A DNA stretch of 63,265 bases, counting the filler, from Basidiobolus ranarum (Eukaryota), in the NCBI GenBank assembly GCA_040143965.1. It is 7 parts of 7 records of this genome, joined end to end, with 100 filler letters (N's around TTAATTAATTAA, not from the genome) between each part and the next. Parts side by side here need not be neighbours in the genome. Positions count along the whole stretch, not along the records: positions 36,253 to 45,192 come from JASJQH010000896.1; positions 45,293 to 54,230 come from JASJQH010000897.1; 5 more parts are not named here. One strand, written 5' to 3'. The number at the start of each line of letters is the position of its first letter. Position 1 is the stretch's first letter. Of the stretch, positions 39,992 through 52,594 are shown piece by piece. The notes under the pieces were generated by a model. It was given only the letters and a program-made list of their open reading frames with translations. It had not been told where the DNA came from and made no database searches. A program made the translations under genes and the position numbers.

Positions 39992-41336
39992 GTTTAGTGA
40001 ATCAACTATCACTTGACCATTTATCCCCTATTTATAATACCCCTTCTATTTCATCCACTCTATGGCTCTATATCCATATATTGAAGAAAATTAAAGGTTA
40101 AATATTAGTTAAATGACACTGTGAAATACGACCTTAAGCTAATTAACAAGAGTAATGATGCTGCAAATCTTAGCAAATCTCCTGCCAGAACAATGTATGG
40201 ATATAATCATAGCGTAGTCTTCTTAGTGCTGTTCACGCAATATTGAAATTGGCATGATACGGCACTCTGAACTATGATAGTTCCATACTGGGGTATCATA
40301 CAAGCGCTAAGAAATATATCAAGTATTGGTGCCACCAATATCAAAGGATATTCATACCATAAGAATGGCCCAGTACGATATTGACTTATTTGAGGGGGGC
40401 TAGTTCAACAGATAATACATATCACCACACTTAGTTTTTGTAAGTACTTGATGTTTATGCACAATCGATCAACAGTATATGTTTATCAATAAGGTACGTG
40501 GTAAGTTTGGATTTGCATTATAATACAGCAATCAATAAGTGCTTATATTTAAACGTTCCTTCGGCTGAGTATATATAACTCCTCTTCCTGAGTAGATAAG
40601 GCATAATATGAGCTGATGCTTAGGGAAATTGCATATGGCATATTTCTCAGATATCAGTTTATACTGAGTATCAATATTTAATAGAGCATAATATATATAT
40701 GTTAGTATACAATTAAATGAAGTGAGCTTGGTTGTTGTTCAGTAAGCATCCAACTTTCAATCAATACTGGTGAAAATGTCTGGTGCCGCTTAATCTTGCA
40801 AATTTGATCAACAAATACTTTAGACAGACACTAAGGCTTCTGATTCATATGCTACATCATAACACATACCATGGGTGTCAACCAATACTATCGTTATCTC
40901 AGTTTGTACTATATATGAACTCATGCTTCCTTCGAGGCATGATCTATTAGTCTTATCCATACTACATTTCTCATACAAAGAAGATTATGGCATAAAACAT
41001 TTTCACCAATGCTGCCTTTGCTAGCAGCCTATTGCTTCCCTGGTCCATATTATTTTCATGTCTACATACGTATTGTTTGAATATTCACTACGACTGTTCT
41101 AAGCCAAGCCTCAGGTGGCAGTATTGTGAGCGCCAGAAACAGTTACATATATATATATAGCTAACCTTTGCTAGCATGATTAACGACAAAATTTAGTTAC
41201 ATCACTATATATCCTGTATTCTTGCTACATCAGATATATATCACTATTTGATTGGCGAGGATTGTGATTACGTATTGATTTAATAAATGTATAAAATGGC
41301 ATAGAACAACCAGATGGAAAGATACAATTTTATACA

Positions 41337-42874
41337 ATGTCGTCTGCTACCGTTTTATCAACTCGTAAGATTGGTGATAGCGAAGTTTCTGCTTTGGGTT
41401 ATGGTGCAATGGTAATAATAACAAATTAGTAGCAAGCCAAAGTCCAGCGGTCTAATAGATATTTCCGATTGTAGGGAATTGGTGGAGTGGCTTATGGTGA
41501 CGCTGGTTCTGATGAGGAGCGTTTTCTGGTAAGAAATCCCGGTTCATCACGTGTCTCCTTCTTTAGAATAACACTCCATGATTTGGACAGTTTCTTGACA
41601 AACTCTTTGAGTGTGGTTGCACTAACTGGGATACAGCGGATGTATACGTAAGTCGAGGGTGTTTGTGTCTGCATTGCTCAGAGCACTAAGCTACCCAATT
41701 ATACTATATAATATATACTACAGGGAGATAGTGAGGAGCTAATTGGAAAATGGTTTAAACGTACTGGCAAGCGCAATAAGATTTTCCTTGCTACTAAGTT
41801 TGGTATCACCCCCAATGGTATCAACGGCAAGCCTCAGTAGTAAGTGCTTAAAGGTATCCATATAGAATTATCTATGTATATTTATTTGCTCCAAGTGTAC
41901 GCTCAGCCATAGAAAAATCACTGAAGCATCTAGGAGTGGATCAAGTTGATTTATACTACTTGCACCGAGTAGATAGTACTATCCCAATTGAGGAAACTGT
42001 GAAAGCTATGGCCGAATTAGTGAAGTATGTCGATCTTTGTTTACTCTTATTGAAGCTTACCATCATTTGTGAAATTTATTACTAGAGAAGGAAAAGTAAA
42101 ATACTTGGGTTTATCTGAACCATCCCCTAAAACACTTCGACGTGCGCATAAAGTTCACCCCATCAGTGCTATCCAAGTGGAGGTTTGTTAGATCTTTTCG
42201 GGTTTGTAGTTAGACAATCAAGTGACTAATTCTATTCCCTTATGTCTTTCTGTAGTATTCTCCATTTGCTCTCGACATTGAAGCCAAGGGACATCTTCTT
42301 GACACTGCTCGTGAGCTCGGTATTGCTGTGGTAGCCTATTCTCCATTAGGTCGAGGTCTTCTCACCGGTCAAATTGTGAGTATCCTTACTATATGGTGAC
42401 AAGTGTAAAATTTATTAATCATACCCCACTGTCCTATAGAAATCATATGATGACTTAGAAGATGGGGATTTTCGCAAAATTGTTCCTAAGTTCTCCAAAG
42501 ACAACTTCCCCAAGATTCTCAACCTCGTCAACAAACTACAAGAAGTAGGGGAGCGCCATCAGGCCACTTCTGGACAAGTCACATTGGCTTGGCTTGTAGC
42601 TCAAGGTGATAATATAATCCCTATCCCTGGGTGAGTATATTCAATGTAATAACCCTTGACTATTACCTTGCTAATGCATCTCTATTTTAATAATAGTACG
42701 AAGAAAGTGAAATATTTAGTGGAAAACTTGGACTCTCTTAAATTAAAACTTTCACCCGAAGAGTTAGCCACTATACGCCAGTTAGCTGAGGCTGCAGACT
42801 CTGATATTTCAGGCACCCGGTATCCCTCTGAGATGAATCAACTCTTGTATCTAGATACACCTGAACTAAAGTAG
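41337..42874 (+). CDS. Aldo-keto reductase (AKR13/YakC-like), many short exons, largely missed by the ORF track
   Basis: Spliced peptides: [82 protein letters not shown]. Confidence 0.93.
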
Positions 42875-43717
42875 GAAAAAAACAACATAGCATCTGTTGG
42901 GATTGATAATTCTCAATCCTTTTATGAGCAATAAATCTAAATATGTATAAATGAACGATTTTATGTAGATACTAAACTCATGGTCCAAGTATTTAAGTTT
43001 TTCTTCAACAAATAAGTCTTAGCTTCGATATTAGTTTCTTAGTTCAAAATTACTGTCACTACTGATGATATTCATTAGAAAGCGCTTTAGAATCACCTTT
43101 TTCGATACTTTGCTCCCACAAGTATAAGAAGGATATGTCTAACAATATTCATGCAAATAGAAGTGATCGGCTCCAATTGTCATTTTCGACCGGGAATTTT
43201 CATGGTAGTCGTACATGCAGCTATCCATGCACACTTGGTCATACATATTTAGAGTGACCCATAACACAAATAAAGACTAGTCCATGAATTTAGTAATGCA
43301 ACAAATTAATGAAGCGATGAGAGTGTTTATGGCGATGTGATTGTTTATGGATATAGGTTTAGTGTGGGTATTGATATCGGTATTGATCGGTATTACTGAG
43401 AATGAACCGTATTCTGATTTGCGGATTGCGTTTAGTCTAATGAGTTCGCCAAGTATAAATATTTGTTCAATGTTTTGTATTTTGTTCCCTGGACTCCTAT
43501 ATAAAGTAGAAGGAATTGTGTGGGTCCAATGTGACCATGATTCGGATCAATACTAGTATAAATAATTTCTTTTTTAGGAAAGTATCTGATTCATTAGCTC
43601 ATATTATGCACAAGCAGAAGGTGGAGTGAGTGGTGTCATAAGCTATATAAAAACGAGGAGAGATGGGCTTCAAAGATACAGTAAATCAACCATTCCGAAT
43701 CAGTTCTACTAAGCAAT

Positions 43718-44224
43718 ATGAAAAGCTGGTCGATCATTATTTGCATAACCTTCTTATTTCTACAAGTAATATCGGTTACTGCTGGCTTCCAAGATGTCAG
43801 TAACGTGCAGGGCACTAACGGACGTGAAAAGAAAGCGAAAAAATCTCCATCAGGCAATGGGGATGTTCAAAAAATGCTTGCTTTAGTCAACCAACAACGT
43901 CAACGAAATGGGGTCAAACCACTCAAACTCGACAATCGTTTAGTACGAGCAGCTCAGAAACATACTGATTATCAAGCCCGTGTTAGTCAAATGACTCACG
44001 AAGAACCTGGAAGACCTTTGCGTACTCGTGTTGCTGAAACTGGCTTCAAAGGAGGATATATCGGGGAAAATGTAGCTCAAGGGTATACTAGTATCAAGGT
44101 TGTCATGAAAGGTTGGATGAATTCTGCTGGACATCGACGAAACATTCTCGATCCACAATTTACCTCCTTTGGATCTGGCTATGTTGCCAAAGGGAAGTAT
44201 TGGACTCAGGTTTTCGGTGCCTAA
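43718..44224 (+). CDS. Secreted CAP/SCP domain protein, YkwD-like cysteine-poor type
   Basis: Signal-peptide-like N-terminus, motifs LVNQQR, AAQKHT, GENVAQG, GWMNSAGHRRNIL and YWTQVFG. It is intronless, with a TATATAAAA upstream at ~43645. Confidence 0.92.
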   Translation: MKSWSIIICITFLFLQVISVTAGFQDVSNVQGTNGREKKAKKSPSGNGDVQKMLALVNQQRQRNGVKPLKLDNRLVRAAQKHTDYQARVSQMTHEEPGRPLRTRVAETGFKGGYIGENVAQGYTSIKVVMKGWMNSAGHRRNILDPQFTSFGSGYVAKGKYWTQVFGA

Positions 44225-44683
44225 TCTGGTTTATTTCATATCAATTTTGTTGCATTGATCCGTGAACATAATATATATAAATGCTGTTGTGTCTGATTTA
44301 ATGGTTAGTCAAAGGACTATGTACTAATATAAGGAGAGTGATATTTTTTTGAACGCTTGGATGGAAATGATACTTATATAAAATTTGGCATACAAATATT
44401 CATTGCATACAAAAATCCCCAACAGCTTACTCATTTGTAGGGGAACCCCATATTCAATATGGCAAATATAGTATCATTGAAATACCCTAACACTAATACA
44501 GGCATTACATTCAAACAATACGTATTACTGGTGTTCATACTTCGTTAGAATGCTAGATTGACCTACTTAGTAAATATTGTGATCAAAAGTAGCAACAGGA
44601 ATTACTCTTGGTCAAAAATTCCGTTTTTAAATATCTAGTTGTATAGCTTCTCCAATCAAATGACCCAAAATTTCTAAAATATT

Positions 44684-44755
44684 TGCCTACTGCCGGGATT
44701 GAACTGGCGACCTTCAGTTTACGAGACTGACGCGCTACCACTGCGCTAAGCAGGC
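44684..44755 (-). tRNA. tRNA-Thr (anticodon CGU)
   Basis: GCCTGCT/AGTAGGC acceptor stem, GCGC D-stem, TCAGT-CTCGTAA-ACTGA anticodon arm and TTCAATC T-loop (one T-stem mismatch). Confidence 0.93.
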
Positions 44756-45192
44756 TTCGATGTTATCGAAATTTCTAAATATATTTTAGCGATTTGGTAG
44801 TTTTCTGAACAAGGTTAGATTAGTTATGGTTCCTGTAGCAATTTGATCGAATGCCCAATCAATTTAAGCTCCTAGGCCTGCTTTAAGTGGCCAATGTTTG
44901 TATGCTTTTTGGATCCTAATATTATTTTTGGTATTCCCGATGGCGACTTTATCACAAGCTCTTGTGGCAGGTATAGGACCAGTGGTTGTAGTGGTGGAAA
45001 AAGCGCATATGCACTGATGCTAACAATCCTTGAGATAGTTTCAGAATAAGTTGTGATGATAAAATGGTTATAAGCATGACGCAAGAGGTGTAAGCGCTTA
45101 TACCATCATACAATATTACAAATTAGTGATGACCTTTATTGTGAGTAATTTGTTATTAACATTGGCACTGATGATCCTGTCTGCGTGAATAA

Positions 45193-45292
45193 NNNNNNNN
45201 NNNNNNNNNNNNNNNNNNNNNNNNNNNNNNNNNNNNTTAATTAATTAANNNNNNNNNNNNNNNNNNNNNNNNNNNNNNNNNNNNNNNNNNNN
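45193..45292. other. Artificial contig spacer
   Basis: N44-TTAATTAATTAA-N44. Confidence 0.99.
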
Positions 45293-45351
45293 GTGGTCGG
45301 TTTAAATTCACTGGAAAGTTCCTTAAGTTTAAAGTCAACTACAGGGCTTTC

Positions 45352-45848
45352 CTACGGATTGTGCGATAATTGTATAGATAAATTAGAGGCTGATCTGTAA
45401 GAGGGTACTGGCTCAGTAACCGCCATGTTATAACTGGGGGGTACAGTCTCCTCTTCCACTTCAAGTACGGGTATCTGAGTCTCCGGGATCGGTCTTAAGG
45501 CTGGTAAGTTGGAGTTTCTATAATCAGCATATGTAGGAAAAGACATGGGTATCACTCCTGTCGGTGGAGAAGATAATGGAGTTGTGGTCCTACGACGACT
45601 CTGAATCTGGCGAAGATGAAAGAACCCCTAGAATTGAATTTGTATAAGGACTCGGTAATGAAGAAGATACTTTCAACGTCAACATTTACCCTATAGATGA
45701 TGTAGAATGCCAGGTACGCACATAATGTGAGAACCAAGTCACGTACTTTGGGTCGCTTGAGATAAACGTGGCATAAAATCAAAGTAATCAATAACAGCAA
45801 CCCCACTACCGTAATGACAATTTGGGTTGCTTTGAAGTGTGGGTGCAT
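45352..45848 (-). CDS. Putative small single-pass membrane protein with C-terminal PY motifs; exon structure tentative
   Basis: A hydrophobic segment IVITVVGLLLLITLILCHVYL is followed by KRPK and a GTACGT donor. A CAG acceptor leads in frame to IQSRRRTTTP...VPPSYNMAVTEPVPSYR. Confidence 0.5.
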
Positions 45849-46973
45849 TGAAACCAAAATATCTTAAAGGAAATAAGGGTAGCTTCGATTAAAGAAGGGA
45901 AGAGCGCAGACAGAGCAAGTTCAATCCACCATATACAAATTTGAATATGAACTCTAAATGCACATCGGAATCTATATCTTATAGTCTAGTTCTTGTGTAG
46001 CTTCGTTTGGCTGTTTAATGTAGAAAAACCTAATCCATTCTAGGTAACTTTTAATGAATGATCCTATCTTGATAGAAAACCATTATGGATCTGGTATATT
46101 ATGGGTTTGACCAACCTAACTCGTTATAAGCATCAAAGTAACGACCAAATGGTAGTCAGCAAATGATTCCACAGCTGGAAAAACCTTGAAGTTCATTAGG
46201 TTTGGATTAATTTGTAGCGAGTGGTAAATTACCGTGTGCAATGGAGATGTAGAGGAAAAACGGACAAATTGCGACGGCGTACCCTGGCATTCTAAATCTC
46301 TATTAGTGAAGAATTGGGAATAATTCCTCCGAGTCAAGTGATGTAAATCATGGTTTCATCCACCAACTATGAGATTAGCTCAATTTAGAAAAAAATCCAT
46401 TCTATGTTATTTCTACATATTTGCATTCACGGCAACTGGGCAGATCTAGCCGAAATTAAGCCGACAGAGGCAATTCTAAAGTAGGAAGTCGTCAATGAGG
46501 TCATCCTTACGTGTGAGCTATTAGCAATGGGAACTGTGAAAAGTGGTTTGGCATAGATATTTGCAGGTTTGGTCCAAGTGAGTTTCCTCATACTTCCTGT
46601 GTAAACTGGTAGTCTTAGTTGACCCTTGTGGAGTACTGATCCTTGGATAAAAAATGATACACATACAGATCCGTTGATTCCATCTCATCCATTGTAGAAC
46701 TGGAGCAGGGTTGAGAAGCAATGCATTTGGTCTTGTCCCAATGCCTTTAACCCTGCTAAAAATAAATAAATAATCATGTGTTCTCAAGGATGAATGAAAA
46801 CTTCATTGAGTTAAGTCATGTGGTAACTATTCCAGCCTGGCTAAGTGAATTGGATGAGATTCTGACATAAAAGTTTCTAAATGGTGGTGTCTTTTGGATA
46901 CTTGAATATTCTAGAGCAGAAAAACTGACAGAGCCACACACTCCATTGTTAAAACAGGGTAGTTGATTGTATA

Positions 46974-47261
46974 TGTTGAAGTAATTTGGGGGTTGTTGGG
47001 AGTGATTTGGAGAACTAGAAGAATGGGTGGTTGTCACTTATTGATTTATTGAGTACAAGTTGACATTAATACTTTTGTCAAGAAGTAGATAAACTAACGT
47101 GTAGAGTACAAAGTTTGAGAAAATCATATTATTTTCAAACTTCCAAGTTGGTCGCAACATTGAGCGTAAACTCCTCATGAGGATATCTCATAATAACATG
47201 GTGAAATTTAGGTAGCTAACTATATGAATATATAGATGCTGAAGCTATGCTATCTTTAACA
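46974..47261 (-). mobile_element. Diverged solo LTR of the same copia family with 5-bp TSD GTATA
   Basis: TGTT...AACA termini and GTATA at both 46969-46973 and 47262-47266. The reverse complement shares CTCAATAAATCAAT and TTCTAGTTCTCCAAA with the LTR at 52279. Confidence 0.85.
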
Positions 47262-48184
47262 GTATATTGGTCCTGAATTCAAGGTATAAACGACAATACA
47301 TACTGTGCATCTGAACTCTGACACCTTACTACTATCATGATAGATGCTTCATTGCTGTGGTGGCAGTCATGTCAAGGTAAGAAGGGATGAGTTTGTGCCA
47401 CTACATCAAATAATGCTGCTGCCACTCTTGAGATGCTGTGACAGTCCGATCCGCCATTTTGTATCACGTCCAGGAATTGGTTGAACATTGGAGAAGTTTT
47501 AACTAGCTTCGCCTTGCCATCAGCTATGCTGTTCTTGTAGAATGAATACAAATCAAAATTGGTGGGTTTTGGAAATGGTGTTTCGGGGATTGATTCAAAT
47601 GAGATAACAGTTATCTAGTACGAAGAGATAATCCTGCAGTATCTCCCATAACAGGAAGAATCCGGATTGATATTCAGTTATCTTTTATCATATCTTGTGT
47701 GTCAAGGGTATTTCGGATATCCATTTCACAGTGCAACCGGAATTGTACTAGTGAGCATACCTAATGTCTTACAAAGCGACTCTCTCAAAACGGGTTGGAT
47801 CTCTGATATAATGCCTGTGGTGCTTAGTTCCATACAGCTTCTTTTGAGTTGTCGAATCCAATTTTGGTATGATGCATCTCGACAAATAGCCACTTGTATC
47901 GAAAAGTGACATTACTCTACAAGATATATGGGCTAGGGTTGTTCCTCAAACCCTGACTCGTTCATAGGTTTGGCTGTGAATAGAGAACGAAGGGGTCTCA
48001 AAAGCAAGTAACATATCGTGAGTTCCTGGCAATAATAAGGTCTGTGTATGCAGAGCATACATTCAGAAGATGGGCAATTCACTCCCAAAAAAATACGCGA
48101 ACAGAGTTCCTTTAGCTAGCCACATGTTCCAATGAAAAATAAATGAAATGTTATTTGTATGTCAGTTTGGTTCGATGCTTTATT

Positions 48185-49140
48185 TCAATTATGTCTAGAT
48201 TGGGATGGGCTGGAAAGGGTATTAAGTTCATGCTCTAAGGGTAAGTAGCTTTTATCGTCAAACGTTGATGTGCCAAAAGCTTTAGTCGGTCTCGTGGTGA
48301 TGGACACCGCGGCAGTATTGGAGTTAGATAGGCCGGTTGTAGTCTTCTTTCGCCACTCATGGGAGTGGAGCAGCTGTTCGGTCATGAGTTTAGATGCAAT
48401 GGTCCCTATAATCACAAAGATGAGTAAAGCTGAAGATACAAGGTTTATGTTGGGAGCTTCTTACATTCAAAAAATAGCATTTCGGTGTGTGGAGCCACAT
48501 GAAATAGGTAGAGTACAGTGATGATGAAGTAAATCACGCATCGAGAAAGTGCAAAGATCAGGCCATCCCGGATTAGAGAGCTGTAAAAAAAGGCGGGATT
48601 GAACTGATGGGTACGGTAGAGAGTAAGCAAGAAAATAAACGTCAGGAATCCAATAATCACAGCCTCCGTACTCAACAGACCAACGAACCACAGCTCTTTA
48701 CTAAGCATTTGGCAGTATCCGTAAGGCCTAACTATAATACTGGTGTTCACTATAATCATGATCCAGCAGCACATGTGTACCAAACGGAGAATGACATGTA
48801 TGGCTATGATGAGATAGTTGGAGCGGTTGGTATAGTAAGCTTTCATGAATAAAATCATATCTATCAGCACGATCGAAAAATATGAGCAAGCGCCATAAAC
48901 ATAGTTCCTCGCATTACAGTCAAACAGTACACCTAATCCACCAAGGAGCTGGATGACCGCATTGACTAGGAGAAACAGAGACTGAACGAGGTTTAATTTG
49001 TAAATAAGAGGGCTGTTCTTTCGAACCATTCGAATGGAGTTCCATGTATTGCTAAGTGCAATTGGAAGCGCCATTGCAGACACTGTATTATTGAAATTAG
49101 CATGAAAGATTGCCTCTGTGTCTATACCAGCCTGCGCCAT
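48185..49140 (-). CDS. Orphan multi-pass (about 7 TM) membrane protein, GPCR-like topology; probable intron 48406-48464
   Basis: Six to seven hydrophobic helices and a Ser/Thr-rich tail. A GTAAGA...TAG intron joins ORF 48445-49140 to ORF 48185-48415 in frame (FFE-W-TIASKLM). Confidence 0.75.
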
Positions 49141-52100
49141 TTCAAGAAATATAGCCTAGTGGATATTATGCGAGGTGTAGCTTTTGGCAGCGTATGCTTC
49201 TAAAAAAATGCAACTAAGGAGGGGTAACCAAGAATGGCTTCAAAAATCTAGGCTTGGCGGGGAAATGAGGACGTGCTACTATTAAGAAAGGAAAATACTA
49301 AATTAAAGGAGCAGTGGCTGCATTGCCAGTTTCTGAGGTTCGGCTGCTTCAGGCGAATTTATAGTAAATGGCCCATTTGCCCTTCACCAACACCTGAGGA
49401 TCGTGGAAAAAGGGAAAAAGGGAAGGTTTTCATATAAGAGTGGGTAGACTCAAAGGTCATTGGTACCTTCTGAAACTTGTATTCCGAAACCTTAATTGGG
49501 CCATTTTTTCAAGCTTACACAGAATCGCTCTATATATATTTTTGATCTATTTTCATCAATTGAATGATGATTTTGCCCACATTTTGTAATCATCAGTAAT
49601 GATAAGTTTGCTAGCTGTAGCCAAGCTGGGCCAATGGTGATCTACTTGGATAATTGATACCAAAAATTTGGTCACAACTCCACTGAACCCTCCTGGCTCA
49701 TTTGATTTTAGAATCCGGTTGGCATCCGAAATATCATGGGAAAACCCGATCGACACCTAAATTTCGGTTGTAAACAGATCTCTAGACAAGTCATTTGAGA
49801 GTGTGTCAGGAGGCCAAAGCTTTGGCAGTCGACCCAACCAGCTGCCAGAGATGAGTGGGTGCTTCGTCAAGACTTTCTGTTCCACTATTGCTCGAATAAG
49901 TTTGCCTTGTTTGGCTGATTCGTGAGCGTCAGGGTTAGGGCTTCTTAGGCTGGATTCGTTGACCCTCATTGATTCTTGGACTACCACGAGGTGCTTGTAA
50001 ATATATCTCAGAAGTGATTATATTCGCACGTATGAGTCGGCGTGAATCTGGCAATCGTGGCTACGGAGTGATGCTTCGTTGGATGCTTTTCAAGTGGCAT
50101 TCGACGCTTCTCTCCACTGGCGGTTTCATATTATTTACTAGGTTCGACGAATGGCTTCAATGGTGATGCCTTTCACGTGACTGCCATTTCGCAAGTCATG
50201 TCTGCATCACTGGGCATACTTTGTAATCTAAAACCTGTATTCACGTCATTTGTCACAAGCGAATAAGAAGGCATGAGGCCATTGTAAGACTATTTCTTTC
50301 TTTTTTAATTTGTGATTAACTTAATACCGAGCCAATCGTCTATGAGAGAGCCGTGTGAGGTGAAGTAACGATCTTGCTGACCATTGCTTAGGTTTTGGAA
50401 GGCGATAGGTACAACCGAAGCTAGCCATCATAGGTTGAAGTGAGTGCGTCAATGGAAAACACATGGACTCCCCATTTATCTAAATCTAGCTGTCTCAGGT
50501 CAAAATACTAAATGCTTGATGAGCTTGTTGATTACGAATCAACTACCTTCCATCACTTTGTAACGTATGAGCGTGGCTCTTAGAGAATCTCTCAAGGAAA
50601 ATTAGAGCTCATTGCTTACTCAACTAGGTGCGTGGACGATTTACCGATTTATGCACGTCGCCCTAAATGATGCACCAATGACCAGAATGCTGGGGTTTTT
50701 TGAGGTCAGGGCAAGCGTACTAACACCATAGTATAGAATCACAAATATGTACATACCGGTTAGTGCTTATTTCATGTGGAGAGGCAGGTTTTCAGATACA
50801 AATCAAGAGTTAGTTCTGACTTGGAACTTTGTCTGTGAGTAGCAATGATACTTGGTGTCAATCCTTGCATATTGAAAACATTCCACCAATGCCTTGTCCG
50901 ACAAATATTGAGTATAAAACTGGAATGCTAGGGAATTATCCGCGAGAATAAAAATGGCAAATCACGGTATCGGCAGGCCGGTTCCAACCCTACTGTTTCT
51001 CTAATAACTATAAGAATATCTACGTACTCTTTTCATTAATCTTAAGCAGAACATCTAAGCCGGAAACCACTGGATTTACAATCAAAAATACTGGCATTAG
51101 AGCGAAGGCAGTCCAGTTTAAAAGTTTATCCTTAGCAACGGATTCAAACTGGTCTAAATAAGGAATTGATGGGATACACCGCAGCAAAGCATTCATTTAT
51201 AGTAGGTGCACAACACTAATATATATATATATGCAAAGGTTCTGTTGAAGCTCTATTTTAGCACCCAGTTGGCTAAAGGGGGCTTCTCGTTATTCCATAA
51301 CTATGTGATGGATAGTGTTGCGATAACCTTGAGTACTTGCTAGTATTTAGCTTGCTGATCAGTTTCATAAGCATCAGGTTGCCTTCATTTTCTTTTCAAA
51401 GACTCCACTCCAGAGCTCATATCAGTATCACTTGTGTTCCCATTGAAATGAACCACATTCGGGTTTCAACTCACAACCCACCGTTTGTAAATTCCCACCC
51501 CAACCAAGTGTGCCAAAAAATACTGTTTCTTGTGATCTCCTTAGAATTGATTGGTGTTTGTTATTGGATCAAGTATCTAGCTAATTTCACATGGCCCTAT
51601 GCGACACAACATATTGGTACCGATTGACAATCTAAATACTTTTCTCACAGGAACGTAGTATTGAACGCACAACTGACACTCGCCAGTTCGACAACGGTGA
51701 GATTCCATTTGGTCATTTTGCTTTACCTTTGAACCTACACTGGCCAGTTGCAGCGGTACTTCTCATCTCCGACTAGGCCAGCTGAAGTAGACCCTTAGTT
51801 TTCACAGAGGTTCTTTTCAAGTGGCGATATAAGATGCTATATCCGGTAATATCCAGCCGATAGATAGTGGATTAGGTCCGTTTCGTTGAGGCAGATAGCG
51901 CAGAATGGAGCAGGATGCATGCTAGATTATCTAATATCATAAATATACTATTATCGAGCACTCTGACCTAACTAGTTTCAATCAATATTAAACTAATATA
52001 TTGAGCGAAGGTCTGATAACCCCTTGTCCGATGGAATAAGTCAACTTTCCGAATGTCATATATTACTTTGTAGTACGATTCAGCCGTGTTCTGGATATTT

Positions 52101-52278
52101 ATGTCAGTAGTTCAATCACAAAAAGTAATACCCCATCTATTGGTAATATCACAACACATGCACTCAAAACGTCATATATGTAATGAACTCTTAGCTGGTG
52201 ATACCTCTAAATATGAACTGCAAAACAACCATTGGAAGTCAAGTCTAAATGGTGTATAGCAAGATACAAGCTTATCTC

Positions 52279-52594
52279 TGTTGAAATTAACATAGCCTAA
52301 ATATCTATATAGTCATATATAGCTCAATATTTACTTATTCCATATTTAACTAAGATATCGCTCACTATTCTCAAGAGGAAGTTACTTAAAAGTTCGAGGA
52401 TATATATATTTTTCAAACTTGTCCTAGAGGACACAAATTTTGCACACATGTTCCTGGGACCTTCCTTAACACATTCTACATGGTTGTTTGCTTACCCAAA
52501 TATAAATGTCAACTCAATAAATCAATCAGTGAAAACCATCAATTCTTTCTAGTTCTCCAAACTACTTACAACAAACTCTGAAAATACTTCAACA
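52279..52594 (+). mobile_element. Solo LTR (316 nt) with 5-bp TSD ATCTC
   Basis: TGTTGAA...TTCAACA inverted termini and ATCTC at both 52274-52278 and 52595-52599. It is colinear with LTR 35378-35724. Confidence 0.93.

Noticed and set aside
41830-41900. Apparent premature stop (CAG TAG TAA) in the aldo-keto reductase
   Set aside because: A GTAAGT donor splits the codon, and splicing restores [13 protein letters not shown].
48430-48464. Unusually short 35-nt intron in the 7TM gene
   Set aside because: An in-frame downstream acceptor gives a 59-nt intron typical of this genome, which is more plausible.
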